Source: Nitrospirota bacterium
GTDB lineage: Bacteria > Nitrospirota > Thermodesulfovibrionia > Thermodesulfovibrionales > JdFR-86
Direction: 5' to 3'
Length of the DNA: 64,000 nt
Assembly (NCBI GenBank): GCA_963721805.1
Contig: CAVRJY010000001.1
Coordinates: forward strand, 1,344,001 to 1,408,000
The position numbers and the translations under genes were made by a program. The notes under the pieces are model-generated. The model ran no database searches and was not told the DNA's origin. It was given only the letters and a program-made list of their open reading frames with translations. This document shows positions 25,266 to 34,314 of the stretch, in pieces. Position 1 is the first letter of the stretch. Every line of letters begins with the position of its first letter.

Positions 25266-26894
25266 ATGCAAAGAAGAAATGTTTTAGCAGCACTGGTGTG
25301 TTTTGCGGTGGTGGCTGCTTTTGGCACGGCATACGGCGCCCCGGCGGGTCCCGACAAGGCCACGTGCTACAAGTGCCACGACCAGATCAAGGAATTCCAT
25401 ATGCGCGGCAAGCACAAGAATGTCGAATGCTCTACCTGCCATGAGGGGCTCAAGGAGCACCTCTCGAACTCTGCGATAATGCCGGTTACGCGTACAGGCC
25501 ACGAGGTGTGCGGCGGCTGTCACAAGGACCAGTACGAATCGCTCATATCTTTCAACGAGGACGCAAAGGCCAAGGTCGAGAAGGCCACGTTCAGGGGCCG
25601 CTCACCGATGTTCGACAAGCTTATCATGCCCTACGGGTTTTCGAAGGAACATAACAGCCCCCGCAGCCACGTCTTCATGCTCCTGGACCACCTGATAGTG
25701 GACCGCGCCTACGGCGGCCGCTTCCAGCTTAAGTCCTGGACCGAGATCATCAACGCCAAGGGTGCGGACAAGGACGTATGGGACCTCCTCATTGACAGGG
25801 AGCCCTCGACCTCTGAGCAGAAGGCCTTCATGCCGCAGGTCTACATGTCCGCAAACCCGGTCTGCCTCCAGTGCAAGAGCCAGGACCAGATCCTTAAATG
25901 GAAGTACATGGGCGACAAGGACCCCAAGGCCGTATTCGACAGGACTTCTAATGTGGTTGAAGAGGCGCGCAGCCTCAAGCACGCGATAAACTGTTTTATG
26001 TGCCACGACCCTCACTCGGCCGAACCGCGCGTGGTGCGCGACGCGCAGATACAGGCTGTCGTGGACCGCGGCGAGGGCACCTATCCCTATGACAAGGAAA
26101 AGAGCGCCAAGATCACGATGAAGAAGGTCGTGTTCCGAGACTTCAGGGCGATAGGGCTTCTGAGCCAACCGGACTCCACTCTGATGTGCGGCCAGTGCCA
26201 CGTCGAGTACGTCTGCAACCCGGGCTTCAGCCTCAAGACCGGCGAGCCGATTATGATGTCCGACCCGCGCACGAACTACTTCCCGTGGGTCAGCGTGCTT
26301 GACCTCAAGAAGAAGTACGAGGCCCTGGACTTCAAGGACTTCAGGCACACCGTTACGGGGGCCCTGCTGACGAAGCTCCAGCACCCCGAGACCGAGACCT
26401 TCTGGGGCAGCAAGCACGAGCGCGCCGGCCTCACCTGCGCCGACTGCCACATGCCCAAGCTAAAAGACAAGTCCGGCAAGACGTATACCTCGCATGCCCA
26501 GCGCAGTCCGCGGCTTATGCTCAAGGAGACCTGCCTGAAGTGCCACTCGTACTGGACGCCGAAGGAGGCCGAATACGAGATCGACGCGATCCAGGGCTAC
26601 ACCAGGGGCAAGATCACCAAGGCCGAGTTCTGGCTAAGCCAGCTCATAGACAAGTACGAGGAGGCCAGGATGGCCGGGGTCTCTGAGGATGTCCTTAAGC
26701 AGGCGCGCGCGTATCACGACACCGCGCACATAATGTGGGAGTGGTGGACCGCCGAGAACTCCGACGGGTTCCATAATCCCGAACTCGCAAGAGAGAGCCT
26801 GACGCGCTCTATCACCGCGTCTCAGGACGGTATCGCGCTGCTTACGAAGGCCATGGTGCCACCCGCCGCCGCGGCCCCAGCAGCGGCTCACTGA
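25266..26894 (+). CDS. nrfA: Octaheme cytochrome c nitrite reductase (ammonia-forming, NrfA/TvNiR family)
   Basis: Signal peptide, seven CxxCH motifs (CYKCH, CSTCH, CGGCH, CFMCH, CGQCH, CADCH, CLKCH) plus catalytic CLQCK, and CHVEY, KLQHPE, AENSDGFHNP. Confidence 0.92.
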   Translation: MQRRNVLAALVCFAVVAAFGTAYGAPAGPDKATCYKCHDQIKEFHMRGKHKNVECSTCHEGLKEHLSNSAIMPVTRTGHEVCGGCHKDQYESLISFNEDAKAKVEKATFRGRSPMFDKLIMPYGFSKEHNSPRSHVFMLLDHLIVDRAYGGRFQLKSWTEIINAKGADKDVWDLLIDREPSTSEQKAFMPQVYMSANPVCLQCKSQDQILKWKYMGDKDPKAVFDRTSNVVEEARSLKHAINCFMCHDPHSAEPRVVRDAQIQAVVDRGEGTYPYDKEKSAKITMKKVVFRDFRAIGLLSQPDSTLMCGQCHVEYVCNPGFSLKTGEPIMMSDPRTNYFPWVSVLDLKKKYEALDFKDFRHTVTGALLTKLQHPETETFWGSKHERAGLTCADCHMPKLKDKSGKTYTSHAQRSPRLMLKETCLKCHSYWTPKEAEYEIDAIQGYTRGKITKAEFWLSQLIDKYEEARMAGVSEDVLKQARAYHDTAHIMWEWWTAENSDGFHNPELARESLTRSITASQDGIALLTKAMVPPAAAAPAAAH

Positions 26895-26900
26895 TTAAAA

Positions 26901-26935
26901 AAAGAGGGGAGGGCCTTGACGGCCTTCCCCTCTTT
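26901..26935. terminator. Bidirectional intrinsic terminator between nitrite reductase and cooS
   Basis: aaagaggggagggcc-ttgac-ggccttcccctcttt, flanked by A- and T-tracts. Confidence 0.8.
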
Positions 26936-26957
26936 GTATTTGTTTGTCGCTTGCCGA

Positions 26958-28911
26958 TTATGCTAATCCTAGCGCTGTTCTCTTTGTCTCTATATGCTTT
27001 TCAAGCATGTCCGCCACAGCTATCGGGTCATCGCCAACCATAAACCTTGCACCAAGCAGCCCTTCGAGATCCTCGGTGAGCAGTTTCGTCATCAAGCTGC
27101 TTCCTTTTATCCGGGGCACGGGGTTCACATGCGTGGTCACGCCCAGCGAGACCGCCCATGTGCCTATCGATAACGCCTTTTCAGTAGTCGCCTCAGGCGC
27201 ACTGGCCGCGACAGGCAGGCTGTGGATCGGCACATTGAGTCTCTCAGCCAGCGCCTTCAACAGCACGCCTATCCTAGAGTTATCCACGCATGAGCCGAAG
27301 TGAAGCACGGGGGGAAGGGCCTCTATCCCCGCGGCCTGACCAACCACCTTAAGGACACCCTGAAGCTTGCTGCCCGCTTTCTTGTAGCCCTCGGGCGACA
27401 TCAGCCCGGACTTTGCATGTGCGATGGCCGCGCATCCGGTGGCGATTACGAGGATATTTCTCTTTACTAGTTCCTCGGCGATCTTCACGTGCATGAAATC
27501 ATGCTTGACCTTGGGGTTGTTGCAGCCTACGATAGCGACGACGCCTTTTATGTTGCCGTTCGCTATGTTGTCGATAAGCGGTTTAAGCGGGTCTTTTGGA
27601 TCGAGCTTTGATAATGTACCCACTATGGCCTCAACGGAAAATCCCACGATTGCCTTTTCTTTTATGGCCGGGATTTCCACCTTGGAGTTATCCCGGTTTT
27701 TATAATTCTCTATGGCGATCCTTACTATCTTCTTTGCTATCTCGTCGGCCTGGGATTCGACGAACTCGATGTGCTCCGCCCCGGGGATCTTGGCAATCGG
27801 CGACGTCGTGATTACCTTTCGTGTGATACGATTCCGCCACCCTTACGACAGCGGGATAGATGCACTGCACGTCGACGACCATGGCCTCGAGCGCGCCCGT
27901 TACGATAGCGAGCTCGGAATTAAGCTCGTTGCCCGCGATCGGCACGCCCTGGCGCATCAGCAGCTCGTTGCCAGTGCAGCATATCCCGACCAGATTTATT
28001 CCCTTGGCGCCTGATTTCCTCGATTCAGCCTGAAGCGCGTCGACGGCCTCCACTATTTTCTCGCTCAGTATCGGCACGTGCCCATGGACCGCAATGTTGA
28101 TGTAGTCCTTGTCGATGACGCCCAGGCTGGCTTCTATTACCTTTGGGCTTGGAGTGCCGAACAATACATCCTGGATATCCGTGGCCATGTGCAAGCCGCC
28201 ATAACCGTCAATTATGCCCGCCTTCAGGGTCCCCAGCGAGATATTGACCGGGTCCGCGTCGACTCCCATATGCGAGCGGTGCATCCCTTCTGTTATTGTC
28301 ATGTCAGCGCCAACAGGCATTACGCCCAGTTTCTCCCATGTTTCCATTCGTTCCTTGGTGGCGTGCATCCGAAGCCACGACATGACGCCCTTTTTTTGTT
28401 TGCCGAGATCATCGAGCGCGATATTGGCCACCTGCTTTGCGAGCTCGTTTACGTCCATCTTGGCGGCATTTACAATCGCCAGGTTTTCGGCTATGTTCCT
28501 CAGCTTTGCCTCGTCCTTGATTTTGTATGGGACTGTGTCTTCCGAAGCCTCCAGTAATGTCAGGACGGCATGCCTGGCATGGTCTATGTGCGCGGAAGCC
28601 CCTCCCAGGACATTTCGCAAGAGTCCCCTCGCGACCATCGTGTGAGCGCTGGCGCCGCATACCCCTGTCATCTTCGGGTCTTTCCCCGAGAGCCTGCACG
28701 GTCCCATAAGGCAGTTCCTGCAGGAGACGCCATTTTCGCAGTACACGCAGTGCGGGTGCTGGTCATCGCTTCTTTTGAAAACAGTGCGTATATCCTCTCT
28801 ATCGGCCTTCTCCAGCATCTGGGCATTGGCCGGGTCAATGGTTCTTTCTTCCCAGTATCTTGGGGATTTCTTGTGCAGCATCTCCGAGAGTTTGGAGATT
28901 TTATCGTCCAT
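26958..28911 (-). CDS. cooS: Anaerobic Ni,Fe carbon monoxide dehydrogenase catalytic subunit (one frameshift near 27818)
   Basis: CVYC..SCRNCLMGPC..GVCG, GASAHIDH, VHGH, ICCTGNE, VDVQC, VGCNN, ATGCA, FGSCVDN and EKA. An extra base in a short homopolymer splits ORFs 27700..29010 and 26958..27680. Confidence 0.93.
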
Positions 28912-28974
28912 GGCGCGTTCCTTTCCGGGCTGTTCACGGCTGGCATTGCAGTCCCAAGCACTCTGCTTAACATC

Positions 28975-29003
28975 AGCGTACGCCAATATTTGAGAGGTGT
29001 CAA
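28975..29003 (-). promoter_or_regulatory. Putative sigma70 promoter of cooS
   Basis: Minus strand TTGACA-N17-TACGCT. The -35 sits within TTGAC-ACCT-CTCAA, an FNR/CRP-like dyad. Confidence 0.55.
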
Positions 29004-29022
29004 TTTGCATGGCCGGTCAATA

Positions 29023-29058
29023 AAAGAGGGGAAGGCCGTCTCGGGCCTTCCCCTCTTT
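29023..29058 (-). terminator. Intrinsic terminator after the nuoEFG-like operon
   Basis: Perfect 15-bp stem aaagaggggaaggcc-gtctcg-ggccttcccctcttt. Confidence 0.8.
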
Positions 29059-29072
29059 AACGTTCCGCTATC

Positions 29073-29107
29073 CACTCAAAATTCGAGAGCAACGGGAATT
29101 TTGAGTG
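29073..29107. repeat. Perfect 12-bp inverted repeat
   Basis: cactcaaaattc-N11-gaattttgagtg; function unknown. Confidence 0.6.
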
Positions 29108-29113
29108 AGCTAT

Positions 29114-31160
29114 CTATGCGTCCTGGGCCTTGAGCGTGGCGGCGAGCTTGCGCTCCGCCTCCTTGAGCCACATCAGCCGCGCCGAACTCAGCAGCGACTC
29201 GTTTACCGCGTCTGTGATGAGCACTGGCTGGACGTCTAGGCCCTCGCGCCTCGTAAACGGCAGCAGCGCCTTCTTGGGGGCCTTCTTGAGCTTGGTCTTG
29301 ATCTCTGCCTCTGTCGGCTTCTTGAGCGGCTTGCCGAGGGCCTTTGCGATCTTCACGAAGATATCCCTGTGGGGCTTGGCGTTACCCGTGGCCTCGACCA
29401 TGATCGGGATGAACTTCGTGCGGCCCTTGAAGTCCACGATAGTGCCGTGGGACTCGAGGTAAGTGAGCGAGGGCAGGAACACGTCGGCCTGCTTCGCGAT
29501 CTCGGTCATGTGCGAGTCCTCGACGATCAGGAACTCGGTATCCGGCCTCCGGGTCATCGGCACCGAGCCGACGGCGTAAAGCACCTTGGAGCCGCTCGAT
29601 ACCATGTCCTTGAAGCTCTTGCCTTCGCTTATCAGGCCCATAAGCGCCACGCCCTTTGCGTTGCTCTCGTAGGTGACGGTGATTACGTTGCCCTTAAGAA
29701 GCGAGAGGTTCGACGAGGGGTTAAAAAAAGTAGCCGAGGTGTATATGATCGGGTTTTTGGCGGCGGCAAACAGCTCTGCCGCGAGCGCGGCCTCCTCCGA
29801 AGCGGTCGCGCCCTTGAGCTCGGCGCGCGAGCTTCTTGTCCACTTGCATGCCCTTGTCTGACGCGGCCTTTATCAACGACTTCAGGGACTCTACCTCATC
29901 GCCCCCGAGCCTCACCGCGGCTATCTTGTCGAGCTTGGTCTTCTCTGAGTTGACGACGATGAGCTTGGCCCCGCCGCGCACGACCCTGCGGCGCGTAGCC
30001 ACGTTCAGCATCGGGAGGATGCGGAGCCTCTGCGAGGGGTTGATCCCGACCATCACGATCAGGTCGGCGTCGTTGATCGAGGCGTTTTCGGAGTTGATCA
30101 GCGTATCGGGCTCGGCGTAGAGGCTCAGCGAGCTGTCGTAGTTTTTGGTCTTCAGCACGTCGTGGGCGAAGTTTTTAAGCGTTAGGGCGTCCTCGTTGAC
30201 GATGCTCGCGGTGCTGACCACGCCGACGTCCTTGCCGCCCTTTTTGAGCTGCTCGGCCACTACCTTGATGGCGTTGTCCCAGGTCGTCTCCTTGAGTTCG
30301 TCGTTGACCCTCACCATCGGCGTCGTGATGCGAGTCTCGGAGTCCACGTAGTCGTAGCCGAAGCGGCCGTAGGCGCAGATGTACTTCATGGCCGAGCCCT
30401 TCTCGGCGCCGGTATTGATCTTTTTGACCTTGCCGTCCTGCGTGCTGACGACGATGTCACAGGCATTGCCGCAGAGCATGCAGACCGCGTTGTTCTTCTC
30501 GTGCTCCCACTCGCGGCCGCCCTTGAAGCGGTCGTACTCCATGATCGCGTTGACCGGGCAGGCGTCGATGCAAGATCCGCAGAACGTGCAGTTGCTCTCG
30601 TGCAGCGAGCGGTCCACGACGGTCGTCACCTTAGCCCCGACTCCTCGGCCCATGAAATCAAGGACGTTCGTGTCCTGTTCCTTGCAGACGCGGATGCAGC
30701 GGCCGCAGAGGATGCAGTAGTCCGGCGACATCTTGATGAAGGGGTTGCCGACGTCCACGGGGTGGCCGAAGCTCTTCATCGTGAAGGAGGTCTTCTTCAT
30801 CCCGAAGTCGTGGGTGTATTTCTGGAGGTTGCAGACGCCGGCCTTCTTGCAGGTCATGCAGTCCAGCGGGTGCATCGAGAGTATCAGGTCGATGACGAAC
30901 TTGCGCTGCTCGCGGATGGGCTCGGTGTCGGTGCGCACCACCATGCCCTCCTTGACCTTCGTCGTGCAGGCAATGAGCGGGTTTCTGGAGCCCTCGACCT
31001 CGACCATGCAGAGCCTGCAGGCGCCGACGCCCTTCATGCCCTTGAGGTAGCAGAGGTTCGGGATGTGGATGCCCGCGAGTTCGGCCGCGTCTATGAGGTT
31101 CATATCGGCAGGCGCGCGGAATGTGATTCCGTCTATCGTAAGGCTAACGGTCTTGGACAT
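29114..31160 (-). CDS. NuoG/HydA-N/FdhA-like Fe-S subunit with degenerate molybdopterin-fold domain (one frameshift near 29825)
   Basis: [2Fe-2S] motif (LCY..ACRLC..IACT), HPLDCMTC..C, CILCGRCIRVC, CTFCGSCIDACP and CMLCGNAC..ICAYG. There is no H-cluster motif and no Cys/Sec at the FDH Mo-ligand position (KNYDSSLSLY). Confidence 0.85.
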
Positions 31161-31179
31161 TATACTGGTTCCCTCCATC

Positions 31180-31779
31180 TTATGTCGTCACTGGTTTTTT
31201 AGTGTCTATGTTTACGATGCGGATGGCGCCGGTCGGGCAGGCCTTTATGCATTCGCCGCACTTGACGCATCTTTTTTGTCTTATCTCAAACGGCAGGAAG
31301 CAGCACTTGACCGACTTTTTCTTCTCGCCGAGTATCGCGTCATACCTGCACACGTCCTGGCAGTCGCCGCAGAGTATGCATTCCCCTGGAGTTATACGAT
31401 ACTCGATCAGGTCCGGGCATTCCTTCGAGGGGCAAACGCCGGAGGCGTGCTCGTCGAAGCCGTCTTCCTTGAGAGCGGCAAGGAGGTATGCGGCCACGTC
31501 CTTGCCTTTTTTGCACAGCGACATCACCTGCATCATCGACGCTATTTTCCCGATCGCTGCGATGTCCTCGGCCGAGGCCTCGCCGCCGGCGAGCGCCTCA
31601 AGTCTCAGGCGCGCCTCGAAGCTGCCCATCGAGCACGGGAAACACCTGCCGCACATCGGCTCGGCCAGAAACTCCCTGACCACGTATGCCGAGCGCCTCA
31701 CCGGACAGCGCGTGCCCTCGGTTTCCTTTATGATGTCCTCAACGGTCTTCATCTTTCCTCCGGCTGTGGGGTTGGTCAT
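31180..31779 (-). CDS. Small Fe-S protein resembling the C-terminal half of HydB/NuoF (4Fe-4S domain + 2x[4Fe-4S] ferredoxin)
   Basis: MCGRCFPCSMG..SLCKKG..EHASGVCPSKEC, CILCGDCQDVC and CVKCGECIKACP. Confidence 0.82.
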   Translation of the reverse strand: MTNPTAGGKMKTVEDIIKETEGTRCPVRRSAYVVREFLAEPMCGRCFPCSMGSFEARLRLEALAGGEASAEDIAAIGKIASMMQVMSLCKKGKDVAAYLLAALKEDGFDEHASGVCPSKECPDLIEYRITPGECILCGDCQDVCRYDAILGEKKKSVKCCFLPFEIRQKRCVKCGECIKACPTGAIRIVNIDTKKPVTT

Positions 31780-33668
31780 TTTCTCTTCGCCCCGGCGCTG
31801 GCCACGTCTTTCTGCTTTAGGATCGAGATCGCCTTCTCGGGGCATACGTCGTAGCATGCCCTGCACTTCGTGCAGTAATCGGTGTCGATGAAATAGCTGG
31901 TGCGGGTCTCCTTGACCGCGTCGAAGGCGCAGGCCTTCATGCACTGGCCGCAGAGGGTGCACTTCTCGTCATTGATGACGTATGTGCCGAGGCCCTTGCA
32001 CGCCTTCGCCCGGCAGTATTTGTCCCTTACATGCTCCTCGTACTCCTCGCGGAAGTATTTCAGGGTCGAGAGCACGGGGGTGGGGGCGCCCTGTCCGAGG
32101 CCGCACAGCGCGGTGTCGCGGATCAGCTTACCCATGCGCTCGAGCTCGTCGAGGTCTTCCATCGTGCCGGAGCCCGAGGTGATGCGGTTGAGGATCTGGA
32201 GCATGTGCCATGTGCCTATGCGGCACGGGGGGCACTTGCCGCAGCTCTCGGCCTGCGTGAACGAGAGGAAGTACTTGGCGATGTCCACCATGCAGGTGTC
32301 CTCGTCCATGACGACCATGCCGCCGGAGCCCATCATCGAGCCGACCTTGCGGAGAGAGTCGAAGTCCACGGAGAGGTCCAGGAGTTCCTTCGGTATGCAC
32401 CCGCCCGAGGGCCCTCCGGTCTGGACGGCCTTGAACTCCTTGTCGTCCATGATGCCGCCGCCGATGTCGTAGATGATCTCGCGAAGCGTGATGCCCATCG
32501 GGACCTCGACGAGGCCGGTGTTCTTGACCTTGCCGGTAAGCGCGAAGACCTTGGTGCCGGGTGATGTCTCGGTACCGATGCCCAGGAACCAGTCCGCGCC
32601 GCTGTCGATGATCGGCGGGACGCAGGCATAGGTCTCGATGTTGTTTAGGTTGCTCGGGTAGCCCCAGGCGCCGCCGCCTTCTTCCGAGAGGCGCGGCGGA
32701 CGGGGGCGCGGGTATCCGCGCTCGCCTTCTATGGAGGCCACGAGGGCTGTGGACTCGCCGCATACGAACGCCCCTGCGCCCTCCCTTACGTCCATCGAGC
32801 AGCTGAACTTCGTGCCCAGTATGTTCTTTCCGAGGAGGCCCATGGCCTCGGCGTCCGCGATGGCCTTCTTGAGGTTCTTTACAGCGAGCGGGTATTCGTG
32901 GCGGACATAGACCATCCCGTACTGCGCGCCGATGGCGTATGCGCAAAGCAGCATGCCCTCAAGCAGGCTGTGCGGGTCGCCCTCCATGATCGCGCGGTCC
33001 ATGAACGCACCGGGGTCGCCCTCGTCGCCGTTTGCGATTACGAACTTGACCTTGGCCGGGGAGCTCTTGCAGTGCTTCCATTTTACGCCCGCAGGGAAGC
33101 CCGCCCCGCCGCGGCCGCGAAGGTTCGCGCGCGTGACCTCGAGCAACACCTGGTCGGGGACCATCTTGGTGAGGGCCTTCTCCAAAGCGGCGTATCCGCC
33201 CACGGCTATGTAGTGGCGGATATCGCGCGGGTCGATCCTTCCGTTGTTTCGAAGTGCGATGCGGAGCTGTTTTTTATAAAACGGTATCTCCTCGACGTTC
33301 GCTATCGGGGAGCCGATCTTGCTGTCTCTGTACAGGCCCTGCCGGTAGGGCTGGTTGAGGATGAATGTATAGTTGACGAGCGGCTGGGCGTCGCCAGCCT
33401 TGATCTTCTGGTAGAACGTGTTGGAGGGTTCGGCCCGCATGACCGGCCCCTTCTGGCACAAGCCCTGGCAGCCGGTGCGCACGACCTTCATCTCGACGTT
33501 CTTCTCCTTGGCCGCATCTTCCATGGCGCTGATGACGCCCTGGGCGCCGCTTGCCATGCAGGCGGTGCCGCAGCAGGCCAGCACCCGGTTTTCGTCGGGG
33601 GGAAAGGTGGTCTTGGCATACTCGGCCCTCAGGGCCGTGAATTCCTTCGAAGACGTGAGTTTCTTCAT
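31776..33668 (-). CDS. nuoF: HydB/NuoF-type NADH/FMN-binding subunit with N-terminal [2Fe-2S] and C-terminal ferredoxin domains
   Basis: LRGRGGAGFP, ANGDEGDPGAFMDR, GAGAFVCGE, GGPSGG, ESCGKCPPCR, CTLCGQCMKAC and CTKCRACYDVCP. Confidence 0.92.
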   Translation of the reverse strand: MKKLTSSKEFTALRAEYAKTTFPPDENRVLACCGTACMASGAQGVISAMEDAAKEKNVEMKVVRTGCQGLCQKGPVMRAEPSNTFYQKIKAGDAQPLVNYTFILNQPYRQGLYRDSKIGSPIANVEEIPFYKKQLRIALRNNGRIDPRDIRHYIAVGGYAALEKALTKMVPDQVLLEVTRANLRGRGGAGFPAGVKWKHCKSSPAKVKFVIANGDEGDPGAFMDRAIMEGDPHSLLEGMLLCAYAIGAQYGMVYVRHEYPLAVKNLKKAIADAEAMGLLGKNILGTKFSCSMDVREGAGAFVCGESTALVASIEGERGYPRPRPPRLSEEGGGAWGYPSNLNNIETYACVPPIIDSGADWFLGIGTETSPGTKVFALTGKVKNTGLVEVPMGITLREIIYDIGGGIMDDKEFKAVQTGGPSGGCIPKELLDLSVDFDSLRKVGSMMGSGGMVVMDEDTCMVDIAKYFLSFTQAESCGKCPPCRIGTWHMLQILNRITSGSGTMEDLDELERMGKLIRDTALCGLGQGAPTPVLSTLKYFREEYEEHVRDKYCRAKACKGLGTYVINDEKCTLCGQCMKACAFDAVKETRTSYFIDTDYCTKCRACYDVCPEKAISILKQKDVASAGAKRK

Positions 33669-34153
33669 TTTGAGCCCCTGATCTTTCCTGCAAGCGATTT
33701 GAATTTCTTGGGTGTTATGTCGCTCATGACCTCGTCGTTTACGGTGATGACCGGTGCGAGGCCGCAGCACCCCACGCACCCGACCGTCTCGAGCGTCATT
33801 GACAGGTCAGTGGTGGTCTCGCCTTCTTTCACCTTGAACTCTTCTTTGAAGGTTTCCAGTATCTTGCCCGCGCCCCTGACGTGGCAGGCCGTGCCCATGC
33901 AGACGCAGACGACGTTGCGGCCGCGAGGGGTGAAGTAGAACTGCTTGTAGAACGTAGCTGTGCTGTAGATCTCAGAAAGCGGTATGCCGAGTTTCTTCGA
34001 GAGGCTGCGCAGTTCGTCCTCCGGCAGGTAGTTATGGGTCTTTTGGATCTCCTGAAGCGCGTGGATCAGGAGGCCGCGGGCCTTCTGCCCCTCAGTCAGG
34101 ACCTCGCCCACGTGGCCTATGTCGTTTTCAATGTCGATATCTTCAATTTTCAT
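33665..34153 (-). CDS. nuoE: HydC/NuoE-type [2Fe-2S] subunit
   Basis: LIHALQEIQ..YLP, ATFY, VCMGTACHVRG and VGCVGCCGLAP. Confidence 0.92.
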   Translation of the reverse strand: MKIEDIDIENDIGHVGEVLTEGQKARGLLIHALQEIQKTHNYLPEDELRSLSKKLGIPLSEIYSTATFYKQFYFTPRGRNVVCVCMGTACHVRGAGKILETFKEEFKVKEGETTTDLSMTLETVGCVGCCGLAPVITVNDEVMSDITPKKFKSLAGKIRGSK

Positions 34154-34314
34154 GAGCGTCCTCCCCTTAACTTATAAGCAATGCCATGTCACGCGCGCGC
34201 ACGGCAACAGACCGCGGCATGGGTGTCGAGCGTTTATTATAAACGGAATAAAACAAAAAACTAAAATTTAATAAATTAATGACGCTATTATCGGCAGTTT
34301 CTAAGGGCAGGCAT

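Noticed and set aside
26958..28911. cooS (and other broken genes) as pseudogenes
   Set aside because: All catalytic ligands are intact and a single homopolymer base explains the break, consistent with the window-wide error pattern.
29114..31160. Formate dehydrogenase or [FeFe]-hydrogenase catalytic subunit, including a possible selenocysteine readthrough
   Set aside because: There is no in-frame TGA or Cys at the Mo-ligand position and no H-cluster motifs. The break is a frameshift, not a stop.
34154..34314. Riboswitch or ncRNA upstream of nuoE-like gene
   Set aside because: Only an AT-rich tract and a short cgttta-tta-taaacg dyad are visible, with no recognisable family consensus.
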